DNA of 64,000 nucleotides from an uncultured Ignavibacteriota bacterium (GTDB lineage Bacteria; Bacteroidota; Ignavibacteria; Palsa-1295): NCBI GenBank assembly GCA_903900335.1, contig CAIUMP010000021.1, positions 44,075 to 108,074 of the forward strand, read 5' to 3'. Shown piece by piece: positions 63,399 to 64,000 of this stretch (position 1 is its first letter; each line of letters starts with the position of its first letter). The notes under the pieces were generated by a model. It saw only the letters and a program-made list of their open reading frames with translations, ran no database searches and was not told where the DNA came from. The position numbers and the translations under genes were made by a program.

Positions 63399-64000
63399 TA
63401 TGCGTTTGATACAGCGACGTTACGCTGGTTCGATGATGATTCCGTCTGCGTTTGAACCGGAGAGAGGCGGTGGCGTGCGATGATCATGATAAACGTCATT
63501 GTACCAAGAATGGCAGCGCCGCAGGTCACATGAAAGGTAGTTGGTGTCACAGCTTTTGCCGTCCAGATGGTGATCGCACCGAGCATGATCTGAAGTCCCA
63601 ACAGGAACATGCTGAAAGTGGCGGCAATCGAGAGCACTTTATCACGGGAGTGATAGCGGAAGATCGTACGTGCAGTTAAGAACATCATCAGTGCAACACA
63701 ACACGCTCCGACGCGGTGGGTAAAATTGATTGCAACTCCAAATGAGGTGAAATCCGGAATGACGTTGCCATTCGGAGCGAATGGGAACGTGGGTATTGCA
63801 AGCCCGGAGAAGGTATGGCGCATCACCGCGCCAATCAGCAATTGGGTAAATATGGTGAGCACGGTTACGAGGGACAAGGTCCGCACGCCGACGCGTGTCC
63901 TTTCGGGACGTTTGACCCTGCCAACATCCCATCGGTTGCTTGTAACCATTGCAATGGCGATGGTTAGACAGAGTACGATTTCGGCAAGTCCGGCATGAGC
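63398..64000 (-). CDS. ctaA: Heme A synthase (COX15/CtaA), 5'-truncated by the window edge
   Basis: Frame is open to the window end (AHAGLAE..); QLLIGAVMRH, FTHRVGA, QIMLGA, TTFHV; upstream of ctaB. Confidence 0.88.
   Translation of the reverse strand, partial: AHAGLAEIVLCLTIAIAMVTSNRWDVGRVKRPERTRVGVRTLSLVTVLTIFTQLLIGAVMRHTFSGLAIPTFPFAPNGNVIPDFTSFGVAINFTHRVGACCVALMMFLTARTIFRYHSRDKVLSIAATFSMFLLGLQIMLGAITIWTAKAVTPTTFHVTCGAAILGTMTFIMIIARHRLSPVQTQTESSSNQRNVAVSNA

Overview
About 64 kb of bacterial chromosome at roughly 50-57% GC. It is probably from the Bacteroidota/Chlorobi (FCB) radiation, possibly a Kapabacteria/Ignavibacteria-like lineage. That placement is inferred from four T9SS-type C-terminal sorting domains, TAnnTTTG promoter elements, a GIHH-type IleRS, the presence of gatB and DivIVA, and a half-length clpB. 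Most of the window is housekeeping: rluD, lspA, dksA, ileS, divIVA, yggS, tpiA, gatB, ddl, leuS, tRNA-Leu(GAG), lptB, glmS, tkt, dnaG and the ctaA-ctaB-SCO-DUF420 genes. The most unusual items are these. (1) A three-gene module sits on the opposite strand inside the ileS-dksA-lspA cluster. It encodes a Cys-rich protein with a phospholipase A2-like CCxxHDxxY motif, a beta-rich partner and an Ig-like lipoprotein, and is bounded by a tandem repeat on one side and a REP-like hairpin on the other. (2) An ECF sigma factor is coupled to a predicted dual-membrane-spanning anti-sigma with a C-terminal beta-barrel and to a lipoprotein. A matching pair of divergent TGTKAC-N17-GTTAKA promoters faces it and a Pro-rich lipoprotein. 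(3) clpB terminates cleanly after its N-terminal half. (4) There are two families of small palindromic repeats, one of which brackets a single T9SS cargo gene with identical 27-bp direct repeats. (5) DksA carries a histone H1-like N-terminal extension. I saw no CRISPR array, rRNA, transposase or integrase. All product calls come from motif recognition by eye; no database searches were run.
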